The position numbers and the translations under genes were made by a program. Positions 37,590-47,063 of a DNA stretch of 64,000 bases are shown piece after piece. Source of the DNA: Gemmatimonadota bacterium (GTDB taxonomy: Bacteria; Gemmatimonadota; Gemmatimonadetes; Longimicrobiales; RSA9); the NCBI GenBank assembly GCA_037388885.1, contig JARRJS010000038.1, forward strand, positions 5,515 through 69,514. Direction: 5' to 3'. The notes beneath the pieces were generated by a model, which searched no databases, was not told where the DNA came from, and worked only from the letters and a program-made list of their open reading frames with translations. Numbering within the stretch: position 1 is the stretch's first letter; the number at the start of each line of letters is the position of its first letter.

Positions 37590-38189
37590 ATGGGAGCCAT
37601 TGAGGACCTGACGGGGGAATTCGCCAGGCTGCCGGGCATCGGCAGGAAAACGGCGCTACGCCTGACATATCACCTGCTGAAGCGGCCACCCGAAGAGACG
37701 CGGCGGTTGGCGCGGGCGTTGGACGGCGTCGCCGACCGGGTGCGACGCTGCTCGCGCTGTGGCAATCTGACCGAAGCCGATCCGTGCGAGCTGTGCACGA
37801 ATCCACGTCGCGATCAAACGACGATCTGCGTCGTGGAAGAGGCTTCCGACATCGGAGCCATCGAAGGAACGGGCGAGTACCGGGGTCTCTACCACGTACT
37901 GGGCGGCCGCCTGTCGCCGCTGGACGGGGTAGGGCCGGATGAGCTGAACATCGAGGCGCTGCTGCAGCGGTTGCAGGGGGAAGAAGCCGGGAGTGGGGTG
38001 GCGGAAATCATCATTGCCACGAATCCCAGCGTGGAAGGCGAGGCGACGGCGCTGTATCTTCAGAAACTGGTGCACTCGCGCGGCATCCGGGTGACCCGGC
38101 TGGCGCGTGGGCTGCCGGTGGGTGGTGACCTGGAATACGCCGACGGCGTCACCATTGCAGAGGCGCTGTCGGGCAGACGCGAGCTGTAA
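37590..38189 (+). CDS. recR: Recombination mediator RecR
   Basis: LPGIGRKTA, C4 zinc finger, YHVLGG, ATNPSVEGEAT and GGDLEYAD motifs. Confidence 0.97.
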   Translation: MGAIEDLTGEFARLPGIGRKTALRLTYHLLKRPPEETRRLARALDGVADRVRRCSRCGNLTEADPCELCTNPRRDQTTICVVEEASDIGAIEGTGEYRGLYHVLGGRLSPLDGVGPDELNIEALLQRLQGEEAGSGVAEIIIATNPSVEGEATALYLQKLVHSRGIRVTRLARGLPVGGDLEYADGVTIAEALSGRREL

Positions 38190-38198
38190 CGAAAGCCA

Positions 38199-38540
38199 AT
38201 GAACTCACGGAAGATCCTGAAGACGGTCGGGTGGATCGCTGTCGCGGCGGGCGCCGCTGCGATGGTTGGTGTGCTCGTCGTCCGAGACCAGTTCAGCCGG
38301 CATCGTCGCGACCTGTTCAGCGCGCGCCCCCTCCGTCGCATGGCCGCGCTCGGCTACATGGCGGGCCGGGAGCCCAGCGTAGAGGGTGTGCAGGTCCTGC
38401 GGGACTACATCGCGTGGGAGCCGCGACCGCTGATCCGGCGGCGCGCCGTCCAGATCCTGGAACGCATGGAGCGTGACCTGGAGAAGACGAATCCTCGTGG
38501 TCCCCGCGGACCGGTCGTGAGCGGGGAGCTGGCTGGATGA
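38199..38540 (+). CDS. Small membrane-anchored protein with HEAT-like helices
   Basis: N-terminal TM GWIAVAAGAAAMVGVLVV, then LFSARPLRRMAALGYM...LIRRRAVQIL; stop overlaps the mglB start. Confidence 0.7.
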   Translation: MNSRKILKTVGWIAVAAGAAAMVGVLVVRDQFSRHRRDLFSARPLRRMAALGYMAGREPSVEGVQVLRDYIAWEPRPLIRRRAVQILERMERDLEKTNPRGPRGPVVSGELAG

Positions 38541-39031
38541 AAGACTCGGAAGGCCTGCGGTCCCTGGGCCCGGAAGATATCGAGCAACTCCAGGAGCTGT
38601 TGTCGACATTCGTCGATGAGGCGGGCGCCCGTTGCGTGCTCATGCTCGACCGCACGGGCCATCTGCTGGTGTCGGTCGGTGACACGCCGGACTTCGACGA
38701 GACGACGTTCGCCTCGCTGGCTGCCGCGGACTTTGCGGCCAGCGACCAGCTGGCGGGACTGCTCGGAGAGGATGAATTCACCTCGCTCTATCACCAGGGC
38801 GTGGCCGGCTCCATGTATCTGGCCGACGTGGCGGGACACGCCATCCTGGCTGCCGTCTTCGATCACAGCACGACGCTCGGGATGGTGCGGCTCAAGACGC
38901 GCAGGGTGGTGCCAGAGGTCGTTGGGCTTCTGAACGAGCTCGTGGGACGTCCCCCCGCGCCCGGCCAGGGTCTGGATGCGAGCTGGCTGAGCGCGGCCGC
39001 TGATGAGATCGATCGCCTGTTCGCAGGCTGA
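38537..39031 (+). CDS. mglB: Roadblock/LC7 domain protein, MglB
   Basis: LMLDRTGHLL, FASLAAADFAA, LAGLLGE, LYHQG and TTLGMVRL motifs; directly upstream of mglA. Confidence 0.9.
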   Translation: MKDSEGLRSLGPEDIEQLQELLSTFVDEAGARCVLMLDRTGHLLVSVGDTPDFDETTFASLAAADFAASDQLAGLLGEDEFTSLYHQGVAGSMYLADVAGHAILAAVFDHSTTLGMVRLKTRRVVPEVVGLLNELVGRPPAPGQGLDASWLSAAADEIDRLFAG

Positions 39032-39049
39032 GGGGGGGACGACGATCGC

Positions 39050-39628
39050 ATGTCGATGATCAACTATGCCAGCCGCGAGATCAACTGCAAGATCGTCTAT
39101 TATGGTCCCGGGCTGTGCGGCAAGACGACCAATCTCGAGCACGTCTACAACAAGGTGAACCCGGAAACGCGCGGCAAGATGATCTCGCTGGCGACGGAGA
39201 GCGAGCGAACCCTATTCTTCGATTTCCTGCCGGTGGACCTGGGCGCCATTCGAGGGTTCAAGACACGGTTCCACCTTTACACGGTGCCTGGCCAGGTGTA
39301 CTACAACGCAAGCCGGCGGCTGATCCTGAAGGGCGTCGACGGCGTGGTCTTCGTCGGGGATTCACAGGTGGAGCGCATGGATGCCAATATCGCGTCCATG
39401 CAGAACCTGTATGAGAACCTCGCGGATTACGGCTACGATCCGCGCCAGCTGCCCATGGTCCTGCAATACAACAAGCGGGATCTGTCGGACATCGTGCCGG
39501 TGGAGGAGCTGTCTGCCCAGCTGAACCCGGCCTCGCTCCAGGAATTCGAAGCCGTGGCCACCCAGGGGGTGGGGGTTTTCGATACGCTTCGCGCCGTGAG
39601 CAAGCTTGTCCTAACATCGTTGAGCTGA
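39050..39628 (+). CDS. mglA: Small Ras-like GTPase MglA
   Basis: [41 protein letters not shown] and QYNKRDL motifs. Confidence 0.96.
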   Translation: MSMINYASREINCKIVYYGPGLCGKTTNLEHVYNKVNPETRGKMISLATESERTLFFDFLPVDLGAIRGFKTRFHLYTVPGQVYYNASRRLILKGVDGVVFVGDSQVERMDANIASMQNLYENLADYGYDPRQLPMVLQYNKRDLSDIVPVEELSAQLNPASLQEFEAVATQGVGVFDTLRAVSKLVLTSLS

Positions 39629-39633
39629 AGCCT

Positions 39634-40159
39634 GTGTCGGTGCTCGAACGCAGCACCCTGCCCAAGGGATGGTTATCTGGCGCGCAAACACGGTTGGATC
39701 AGTGATTTCGGCAAGCTTGCCGACCCCATAGCCGACAAGCTCCTTCTGGTGGCGACGTTCGTCCCGTTTTACATCCTGTCGCACCGGCCGGGCTCGTTCG
39801 GTGCGCTGCCCATCTGGGGCACGCTGCCCCTGTGGATCGTGCTGGTGGTGTTGGGGCGAGAGGTCCTGATCACCCTGCTACGAACCTGGGCCGCGCATCG
39901 AGGTCGCGTGCTGCCCGCCGGTCGGGCGGGCAAGTACAAGGCCGTGGTGCAAAACGTCTTCATCGGCTCCGCGATCCTCTGGTACGCGCTGCGCTCGCGC
40001 GCACTGGAAGATCATTGGACCGGCCTGGTGTGGGACGGCTGGCAGGCGTTTCACGGTGCAGTACTGGCCACCTCCCTGGCCATCGCCGTGGTCCTCACGG
40101 TCTATTCCATGATCGTCTACCTTCGGAGCTGGCGCGGCCTTGCCCGGGGGACCGGTTGA
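39634..40159 (+). pseudogene. pgsA: CDP-diacylglycerol--glycerol-3-phosphate phosphatidyltransferase with an internal deletion/frameshift
   Basis: GTG...ERSTLP(N) in one frame joins directly at about 39665 to DGYLARKHGWISDFGKLADPIADK in another frame. The first TM helices and the first catalytic Asp are missing. Confidence 0.8.
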
Positions 40160-41412
40160 GCGTCGTCGAGCTGGTGACCATCGGCACCGAGCTGCTGCTG
40201 GGTGAGACGGTGGACAGCAACGGCGCCTGGCTTGCCCGGCGATTGGCAGTGGCCGGCATCCGAGTGGCGCGGCGCACGTCCGTTGGTGACAATGCAGACG
40301 CGATCCGGGAAGCCGTGCGTGATGCCCTGGAGCGGACCGGCCGCGTGATCTGCACCGGCGGGCTGGGCCCTACGGACGACGACATGACGCGACCGGTCGT
40401 CGCGCGGCTGCTGGGCCGGCCGCTGGAGCCGGACGCGCGGACGCTGGAAGACGTGGAAGCCCGGTTCCGGCGTCGCGGCCTGGTGATGGCGGAACGGAAC
40501 CGAGCGCAGGCCGACGTGCCTCGTGGGGCCGAGGTGCTACGCAACCGCCGGGGGACCGCGCCGGGCCTGCTGATGGAAGACGGGGCGAGTCGCTGGGTCG
40601 TCCTGCTGCCCGGCGTGCCCCACGAGATGCGCACGATCGTGGAGGAAGAGCTGCTGCCGCGCCTTGAAGTGCGTCTGGCGGACCGCCGGCCCATCCGCTC
40701 CCGAACACTGCGCACCAGCGGGATCGCGGAATCGACGCTCGCCGAGCGCGTGTCGGACGTCGTGCGCGACGCCGCACCGTTGACCGTGGCGTTCCTTCCC
40801 TCGTTCGCCGGCACGGACATCCGGCTGACGAGCTGGGGCGAGCTGGACGCGGACTCGGTCGACGGCGCGCTGGACGCCATGGAGCGCGCCCTCCGGGACC
40901 GGGTGGGGGATCACGTGTACGGCTTGGATGGAACGGACCTCGCCGAAGTCGTGGCAGAGGAGCTCGCGGCGCGGGACACACGCCTGGCACTGGCGGAGAG
41001 CTGCACCGGTGGTCTGCTGGCGAAGCGCCTGACCGACGCCGCTGGCGCATCCCGGTTCCTGATCGGTGGAGTGGTGGCGTATTCGAATCAGGTGAAGCGG
41101 GAGCTTCTGGGCGTGCCCGCACACGTGCTGGAGGCGGAAGGCGCCGTGAGCGAAGAGACGGCCCGCGCTATGGCGGAGGGGGCGCGTCGGGTACTGTCGG
41201 CCGATGCGGCCGTCGCCATCACGGGCATTGCGGGACCCGAAGGTGGCACCGCGGACAAGCCCGTGGGTACGGTGTGGATCGCAGCCGCGTTGGCCGAACG
41301 CGTCACGGCGCGCAGGTTCCTGTTCCCGGGTGAGCGCGACGAAGTGCGTCAACGCTCCGCGCAAGCCGCGCTGGAGGCGCTGTTGCAGCTGCTCAGGTCG
41401 GAGGAGCCATGA
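40156..41412 (+). CDS. cinA: Competence/damage-inducible protein A (molybdopterin-binding domain + NMN deamidase)
   Basis: IGTELLLG, TGGLGPTDDDMT, GTAPG, LPGVPHEM, AESCTGG, ITGIAGP and KPVGTV motifs; TTG overlaps the pgsA stop. Confidence 0.95.
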   Translation: MSVVELVTIGTELLLGETVDSNGAWLARRLAVAGIRVARRTSVGDNADAIREAVRDALERTGRVICTGGLGPTDDDMTRPVVARLLGRPLEPDARTLEDVEARFRRRGLVMAERNRAQADVPRGAEVLRNRRGTAPGLLMEDGASRWVVLLPGVPHEMRTIVEEELLPRLEVRLADRRPIRSRTLRTSGIAESTLAERVSDVVRDAAPLTVAFLPSFAGTDIRLTSWGELDADSVDGALDAMERALRDRVGDHVYGLDGTDLAEVVAEELAARDTRLALAESCTGGLLAKRLTDAAGASRFLIGGVVAYSNQVKRELLGVPAHVLEAEGAVSEETARAMAEGARRVLSADAAVAITGIAGPEGGTADKPVGTVWIAAALAERVTARRFLFPGERDEVRQRSAQAALEALLQLLRSEEP

Positions 41413-42260
41413 CCGACAACGTGCAGGAGCATCACGGCTACCTGGAAGGCGTAGGCCGGCTCCGGATCCATTACCGGACGTGGGAAGTGGCACGGCCCGT
41501 GGCCGGCATCATCGTCGTCCACGGGATCGGCGAGCACATCGGCCGCTACGAGGAGTTCGCCGGCACGATGGCCGGTTACCGCATCTCGACCTTCGGTCTG
41601 GATCTGCGCGGACACGGCGTGTCGGAAGGACGACGCGGTCATGTCGCCAGCTTCAACGTGCTGCTCCAGGATCTGGACCGGTTCCGGCGCGAAGTGCAGG
41701 GGCTGGTTGACATGAGCTGTCCGCTGTTCATCCTGGGACACTCCATGGGCGGCCTGATTGTCACCCGGTATCTGGAAGAGTACGACAGTGGCCTGCTGGG
41801 CGGGATCATCATGTCGCCCTGGCTTGCGACCGCCATGGAAACGCCGCGCTGGAAGGTGACTCTGGCGACCACCCTGAACCGGTTCCTGCCGGCGTTTCCG
41901 TTCCGAACCCGCCTGGACGCCGCACTGCTGTCCCACGACGCCGGTGAGGTGACGCGCTACGAGGAGGACCCTCTCGTGCACGATCACATCACACCCCGGC
42001 TCTTCTCGGAAATGTCCACCGCCATGGGCCTTGCCCTTCAGCGCAGCGAACGTCTGAACGTGCCTCTGCTGTTTCTGCTGTCGGGCGCGGACCAGCTGGT
42101 GGACACCGACAAAGCGGTGGCGTTTGCGCGGTCGCTGCAGGCCCTGGATGTGACGGTGCGAGTAATCCCCGACGCCTTCCACGAGCTGCTGCACGAGGAG
42201 AACCGGGCGGAACGGTATGCGGAGATCCGGGAGTGGATCACGAAACACCTGCCGGATTAG
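41409..42260 (+). CDS. Alpha/beta hydrolase (lysophospholipase/monoglyceride lipase-like)
   Basis: VHGIGEH, DLRGHG, GHSMGG nucleophile elbow, D and FHELLHE triad residues. Confidence 0.92.
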   Translation: MTDNVQEHHGYLEGVGRLRIHYRTWEVARPVAGIIVVHGIGEHIGRYEEFAGTMAGYRISTFGLDLRGHGVSEGRRGHVASFNVLLQDLDRFRREVQGLVDMSCPLFILGHSMGGLIVTRYLEEYDSGLLGGIIMSPWLATAMETPRWKVTLATTLNRFLPAFPFRTRLDAALLSHDAGEVTRYEEDPLVHDHITPRLFSEMSTAMGLALQRSERLNVPLLFLLSGADQLVDTDKAVAFARSLQALDVTVRVIPDAFHELLHEENRAERYAEIREWITKHLPD

Positions 42261-42283
42261 CGCTGCCGAATCGGCACACCTCG

Positions 42284-42300
42284 CTGGTATCGGGATTGCA
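42284..42300 (+). promoter_or_regulatory. sigma54 (-24/-12) promoter upstream of grpE-dnaJ
   Basis: CTGGTATCGGGATTGCA is GG-N10-GC, close to the consensus YTGGCACG-N4-TTGCW. Confidence 0.65.
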
Positions 42301-42338
42301 AAACACAATACGTATTCAAACCCAGAACGGCAGAGGCC

Positions 42339-43013
42339 ATGAGGGAAAAAAAGAGATCGGCGCGGTCGAACCGAGCGGACGACGGGTCCGCACCGCGTAC
42401 GAACGGCGAACCTCAGGGGGAGCCGGAAGCCGTGCAGGAGACGAACGCGGAAATGGCGACGCCCGATGATGTCGGGACCGGGGCCGAAGCGGACGCCGTG
42501 CCGGCGGAGGCCGAGGAGGGCGCGGCGACCGTGTCCGCCGAGGACGAGCTGGAACAGCTCAGGCGCGATATGGAGGCCCTGAATGACCGGCATCTCCGCT
42601 TGGCGGCGGAGTTCGACAACTACCGGAAGCGTCATGAACGGGAGCGCGTGGAGCACCGGGTCCGTTCTCAGGCGGAGCTGGTGGCCGGGCTCCTCGAGGT
42701 CCTGGATGACCTGGAGCGTGTGGAGGAGTACGACACGACGACGGCGACCGTCGAATCGTTCGTGGAAGGCATCCGGCTGGTCGAGCGCAAGCTGCGCACA
42801 CTGCTGGAGACGGCCGGACTCGAGGTCGTGGATGTCGAGGACCAGCCGTTCGACCCTGCCACGATGGACGCCATGATGACGGTGCCCACGGCGGAGCCGG
42901 ACGAAGACGATCTCGTAGCGGACGTGTTCCAAAAGGGGTATCGGTTCAAGGACATCCTGGTGCGTCCGGCGCGCGTCGGGGTGAAGAAGTACGATCCGGA
43001 GGCGGGTAGCTGA
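42339..43013 (+). CDS. grpE: Nucleotide exchange factor GrpE
   Basis: [27 protein letters not shown] and VRPARVGV motifs. Confidence 0.95.
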   Translation: MREKKRSARSNRADDGSAPRTNGEPQGEPEAVQETNAEMATPDDVGTGAEADAVPAEAEEGAATVSAEDELEQLRRDMEALNDRHLRLAAEFDNYRKRHERERVEHRVRSQAELVAGLLEVLDDLERVEEYDTTTATVESFVEGIRLVERKLRTLLETAGLEVVDVEDQPFDPATMDAMMTVPTAEPDEDDLVADVFQKGYRFKDILVRPARVGVKKYDPEAGS

Positions 43014-43018
43014 CAGGC

Positions 43019-44114
43019 ATGGCTACGGCGACGAAGGACTACTATCAGGTTCTGGGCGTGGCGGAGAAGGCCAGCCCCGAAGAGATCAAGAAGGCGTACC
43101 GCAAGCTGGCCAAACGGTACCATCCGGACGCCAACCCGGATAACGGGCAGGCTGCGGACCGCTTCAAGGAGATCGGCGAAGCCTACTCCGTGCTCTCCGA
43201 CCCGGAGAAGCGGAAGAAGTACGATCAGATGCGACGCCTGGGGCCCCTGGGTGGCTTCGGCTTCACGGGCCGGCAGCGTCCGGGCGGCGAGACGACGTTC
43301 AACATGGAGGACCTGGGCGACCTAGGCGGCCTGGGCGACCTCTTCTCATCCATCTTCGACCTCGGCAAGCGGCGGCGTCAGCGGGGTGGTCGTGGCACCC
43401 AACGCGGCGCGGACGTGGAGTACACGGTCGAGATCTCGTTCGGCCTGGCGGCGCGCGGCGGCAAGATCGACATCACGGTGCCCATCACGGAAGAGTGCAC
43501 CGTCTGCAACGGGAGCGGTGCGAAACCGGGTACCAGCCTCAAGACGTGCCCCGAGTGCAAGGGGACCGGGACCATCTCCTTTGGCCAGGGCGGGTTCGCG
43601 GTGAGCCGTCCCTGCCCGGCATGCTATGGCCGTGGCCAGACACCGGCAACGCCGTGCACCGCCTGTGGCGGCAGCGGTCAGGTCCGGCAGGATCGCAAGA
43701 TCCGAGTCAACGTGCCGGCCGGCGTGGAGGCCGGTTCGCGCATGCGGCTGTCGGGACAGGGCGAGCGCGGTGGCCCCGCCGGGCGACCTGATCATCGTGT
43801 TCCAGGTGAAACCGGACCGGTTCTTCCGGCGCGATGGCCTGGATATCCATTGCACGGTGCCCATCAATCTGGCGCAGGCGACTCTGGGCTCCAAGATCCG
43901 CGTGCGTACGGTCGATGGGAAGCGTGTGACGTTGAAGATCCCGCCTGGCACGCAGTCGGGAACGCGCTTCCGGATCGCCGGGCAAGGCATCCAGAAGGTC
44001 GACCGGCGGGGCGATCAGTACGTGAAGGTGAAGATCACGGTACCGGAGGAGCTGAGTCCGGAGCAGGAGCGCCTCATGCGAGAATTTGCCGAGGCGTCCA
44101 CCCTCAAATACTAG
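43019..44114 (+). CDS. dnaJ: Chaperone DnaJ, frameshifted near 43775 as given
   Basis: J-domain DYYQVLG...HPD, G/F region and four CxxCxGxG repeats in the frame of 43019. The C-terminal PPGDLII...LAQATLG...IPPGTQSG...RGDQYV lies in the frame ending at TAG 44114. Confidence 0.9.
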
Positions 44115-44119
44115 GTGAG

Positions 44120-44353
44120 ATGAGCCGCAGCTTTCAGGACCCGGACCTGCTGATCTGGGAGGCGTACGCGACGACGGGCGCATTCGGCGCCTCCGACCAC
44201 GCACACATCATCTTTCACTGCGTGAGCGACCCCTCGCGGCGCGCACGCTACGTGGAGCAGGACGCGTCCCTCGCGGCAGCGCAGAAGCGGCTGGCAAAGC
44301 TGTCGACGGAAGAGCTGCGGTCTCTGCTGGATGAGGCGCAATCCCTAAAGTAG
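44120..44353 (+). CDS. Small hypothetical protein (77 aa)
   Basis: [17 protein letters not shown]...[16 protein letters not shown]...[10 protein letters not shown]; ATG 5 nt after the dnaJ stop, with an AGGTG RBS. Confidence 0.75.
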   Translation: MSRSFQDPDLLIWEAYATTGAFGASDHAHIIFHCVSDPSRRARYVEQDASLAAAQKRLAKLSTEELRSLLDEAQSLK

Positions 44354-44361
44354 TCAGCGCC

Positions 44362-45432
44362 TCAGCGGATGCGGCCGCCGCCTAGCAGGATGTCCCCCTG
44401 GTACACGGCTCCCGACTGACCCGGCGTCACGGCGCGCTGTGGTGTCGCCAGCCGCAGCCGGACCGCATCGTCGTCCGTCGATTCCAAGGTGGCGTCTACC
44501 AGCGAAGCGCGGTGCCGTAGTCGGACCCGCACGCTGGCCCCGGCCTCCGGCGCCGTTGTCAGCCAGTTCACGTCGCCCAGGACGACGACGTCTTGATAGA
44601 GCTCGTCGTCGGTGCCCACCACCACGCGATTTTCGGCCGGCACCACGCCCAGCACGTAGAGGCGACGTCCGTGCCCTCCGCCGAGGCCCTTCCGCTGCCC
44701 TACGGTGTAGCGCCCGTAACCGTCGTGGCGGCCGACCACGTCCCCGTGCCGGGTGACCAGCTCACCCTCCGACAGCGCCGGGTGGGTGGAGCCCAGCCGA
44801 TCGGCCAGGAAGTCCCCATAGTCGCCGGTTGGCACGAAGCAGATCTCCTGGGACTCAGGCTTATCAGCCGTCGCCAGCTTCAGGTCCCGGGCCCGCTCAC
44901 GCACCTCCGGCTTCGTGAGCTCCCCGACGGGGAACATGAGGTGGGGCAGGACCTCCCGGGGGACGCCCCACAGGAAATACGTCTGGTCCTTCGCCTCATC
45001 CGAGCTCAGGGCGATGCTCTGTCCAGCGCCGTCCCCGAGCATGCGGGCGTAATGGCCCGTGGCGATCCGGTCCGCGCCCAGCATCCGTCCCCGACGCAGC
45101 AGATCCGGGATCTTGGTGTTGGAATTGCACCGCACGCACGGGTTGGGCGTGCGGCCGGCCACGTACTCGTTCACGAAGTCGTCCATGACCGCCGCGCCGA
45201 ACGAGTCCTCCATATCGAACACGTAATGTGGCACGCCGAGCTTCTCACAAACGCGACGGGCGTCCATGATGCCGTCCAACCCGCAGCATGTGCGTCCGTG
45301 GGCCTGGGTTTCTGCGTAGCAGAACGTCTTCATGGTGGCACCGATGACCCGGTAGCCACGTTCCACGAGCAGCGCCGCGGCCAGGGAAGAATCCACGCCA
45401 CCGGACATGGCGACCAGCACGGTCTCGCTCAC
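44362..45432 (-). CDS. mnmA: tRNA 2-thiouridine(34) synthase
   Basis: AMSGGVDSS, GRTPNPCVRCN, ATGHY, KDQTYFL, ESQEICF, TVGQRKG and AVTPGQ motifs. Confidence 0.97.
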   Translation of the reverse strand: MSETVLVAMSGGVDSSLAAALLVERGYRVIGATMKTFCYAETQAHGRTCCGLDGIMDARRVCEKLGVPHYVFDMEDSFGAAVMDDFVNEYVAGRTPNPCVRCNSNTKIPDLLRRGRMLGADRIATGHYARMLGDGAGQSIALSSDEAKDQTYFLWGVPREVLPHLMFPVGELTKPEVRERARDLKLATADKPESQEICFVPTGDYGDFLADRLGSTHPALSEGELVTRHGDVVGRHDGYGRYTVGQRKGLGGGHGRRLYVLGVVPAENRVVVGTDDELYQDVVVLGDVNWLTTAPEAGASVRVRLRHRASLVDATLESTDDDAVRLRLATPQRAVTPGQSGAVYQGDILLGGGRIR

Positions 45433-46604
45433 GCTGCCCCCGGCGTGCCGCGCGGGCTGGCGACACCGGGCGTCTCACGCGCCCGTCCGACGACCCGCGG
45501 CACGACGGCCAGTGCCCGGTCGATCTCCGCGTCCGTCGTGGTGCGGCCCAGAGAGAAGCGCAGGGAGGCCACCCGTTCGGTAATGCGGCCCATGGCCACC
45601 AGCACGTGGCTCGGTTCCACCACGCCGCTGTGACACGCCGATCCGCCGGAGGCCGCAATGCCTTCCAGGTCCAAGGCGGCGAGCGTCATCTCCTGGTCCA
45701 CGGACGGTATCGTCACGTTCAGCACGTGGGGCAGACGCGGCGCGCCACTACCGCTCACGGTGAGGCCCGGAACGCTCGCTGTCAGCCCGACCTCGAGGCG
45801 GTCCCTCAACATCGCCTGGCGCGCCGACTCGGCGTCCCGTTCCTGCACGGCCAACTCTGCGGCGGTAGCCAAGCCCACGGCGCCCGCGACGTTCTGCGTG
45901 CCTGGTCGCAGGTCCCGCTCCTGACCACCGCCCCACACCAGCGGCTCCAGTCGGACGCCGGCGCGCACGAACAGCGCACCGACGCCTTTCGGACCGCCGA
46001 TCTTGTGTCCCGACACCGACACGAGATCTACGGGCGTCTCGTCCACCCGGACCGGAACACGGCCGAACGCCTGCACCGCGTCCGCATGGAACGTCGCCCC
46101 TGTGGCCCGGCAGCGCGCTGCGATGTCCGCGATGGGTTGCAGGGTCCCGACTTCGTTGTTTCCCCACATGATCGACACCAATGCCGGCTGTTCATGCAGC
46201 GCTTCGTCCAGTGCCGCCAACTCCACCACGCCGCGCGCATCGACGCCCAGGATCTGCAGCCGCGCACCCCGACGCGCCGCCATGCGTGCCGCATCCAGCA
46301 CCGCGCGGTGCTCGATGGCCGAGCACACGATGCCGCCACCCGTCGCACGCCAACGGCCCAGAACCGCCAGGTTGTCCGCTTCCGTGCCACCGCTGGTGAA
46401 CAGGATCTCGGACCGCTCAGCACCGAGTGCCGCGGCTACGCGCTCCCGGGCTTCCTCCAGCGCCGTGTGCGCCTCGCGACCCCACCGATGCGTGCTCGAC
46501 GGGTTGCCCCAGCGCCCCTCGTAATACGGCGCCATCGCCTCCCGCACCTCGGCGCGCACGGGCGTCGTCGCCGCATGGTCCAGATAGATCGCCTCGCTCA
46601 TCAT
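45429..46604 (-). CDS. iscS: Cysteine desulfurase (IscS/NifS type)
   Basis: YLDHAATTP, GNPSS, FTSGGTEADN, HADAVQ, SGHKIGGPKG and catalytic SGGSAC motifs. Confidence 0.93.
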   Translation of the reverse strand: MMSEAIYLDHAATTPVRAEVREAMAPYYEGRWGNPSSTHRWGREAHTALEEARERVAAALGAERSEILFTSGGTEADNLAVLGRWRATGGGIVCSAIEHRAVLDAARMAARRGARLQILGVDARGVVELAALDEALHEQPALVSIMWGNNEVGTLQPIADIAARCRATGATFHADAVQAFGRVPVRVDETPVDLVSVSGHKIGGPKGVGALFVRAGVRLEPLVWGGGQERDLRPGTQNVAGAVGLATAAELAVQERDAESARQAMLRDRLEVGLTASVPGLTVSGSGAPRLPHVLNVTIPSVDQEMTLAALDLEGIAASGGSACHSGVVEPSHVLVAMGRITERVASLRFSLGRTTTDAEIDRALAVVPRVVGRARETPGVASPRGTPGAA

Positions 46605-46692
46605 TGCCCCCCTGATAACCCGGGCCGCCGCCGAGGATCCGAGGTCAGGTCGGTAGCCCTTGGCCGCCCCCCGTCCTGCCCTTAGTTTGTAA

Positions 46693-47043
46693 ATGACTGT
46701 GATTCAACAATTCCTGCCACCGGCTCTTCCGCCCGAGCTACCGCAACGGTTCCGGGCGACCGTTCACGGGACCGTCTTCGCGGACCGGGCGGACCACCTC
46801 GAACGTCTCCAACCCGGCGACGAGCTTCTTCTGGTGCCGGACCCGCCGCTGGATGCCGATCCCGGCGTCTGGGTGCATCTGCCGGACGGCGACCTGCTGG
46901 GCCATCTGCCCCCGGAGATCGAGACGTGGCTCGCGCCATGGTTGCTACGGGGAGGCCGGGTCGTTGCCCGCGCGGTACGGGTGTCCGGGGACGATGTGCC
47001 GAGCTGGCGCCGGCTGCTGATCGAGGTGGACTGTGTGGTCTGA
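46693..47043 (+). CDS. Stand-alone HIRAN domain protein
   Basis: VHGTVFADR, LQPGDELLLVPDP, D..VWVH, LLGHLP and LAPWL follow the HIRAN pattern (G..Y/F, L..GD.L.L..EP.N..D..AV...LGYVP). Confidence 0.8.
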   Translation: MTVIQQFLPPALPPELPQRFRATVHGTVFADRADHLERLQPGDELLLVPDPPLDADPGVWVHLPDGDLLGHLPPEIETWLAPWLLRGGRVVARAVRVSGDDVPSWRRLLIEVDCVV

Positions 47044-47063
47044 CGCTGTTCAGGCTCCCGACG

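Noticed and set aside
42255-42290. CIRCE element before grpE (TTAGCGCT...)
   Set aside because: There is no matching right arm GAGTGCTAA at 9-nt spacing
43019-44353. 444-aa DnaJ fusion protein as a genuine novel architecture
   Set aside because: The canonical DnaJ C-terminus is complete in another frame and the small gene has its own start; the fusion results from the frameshift
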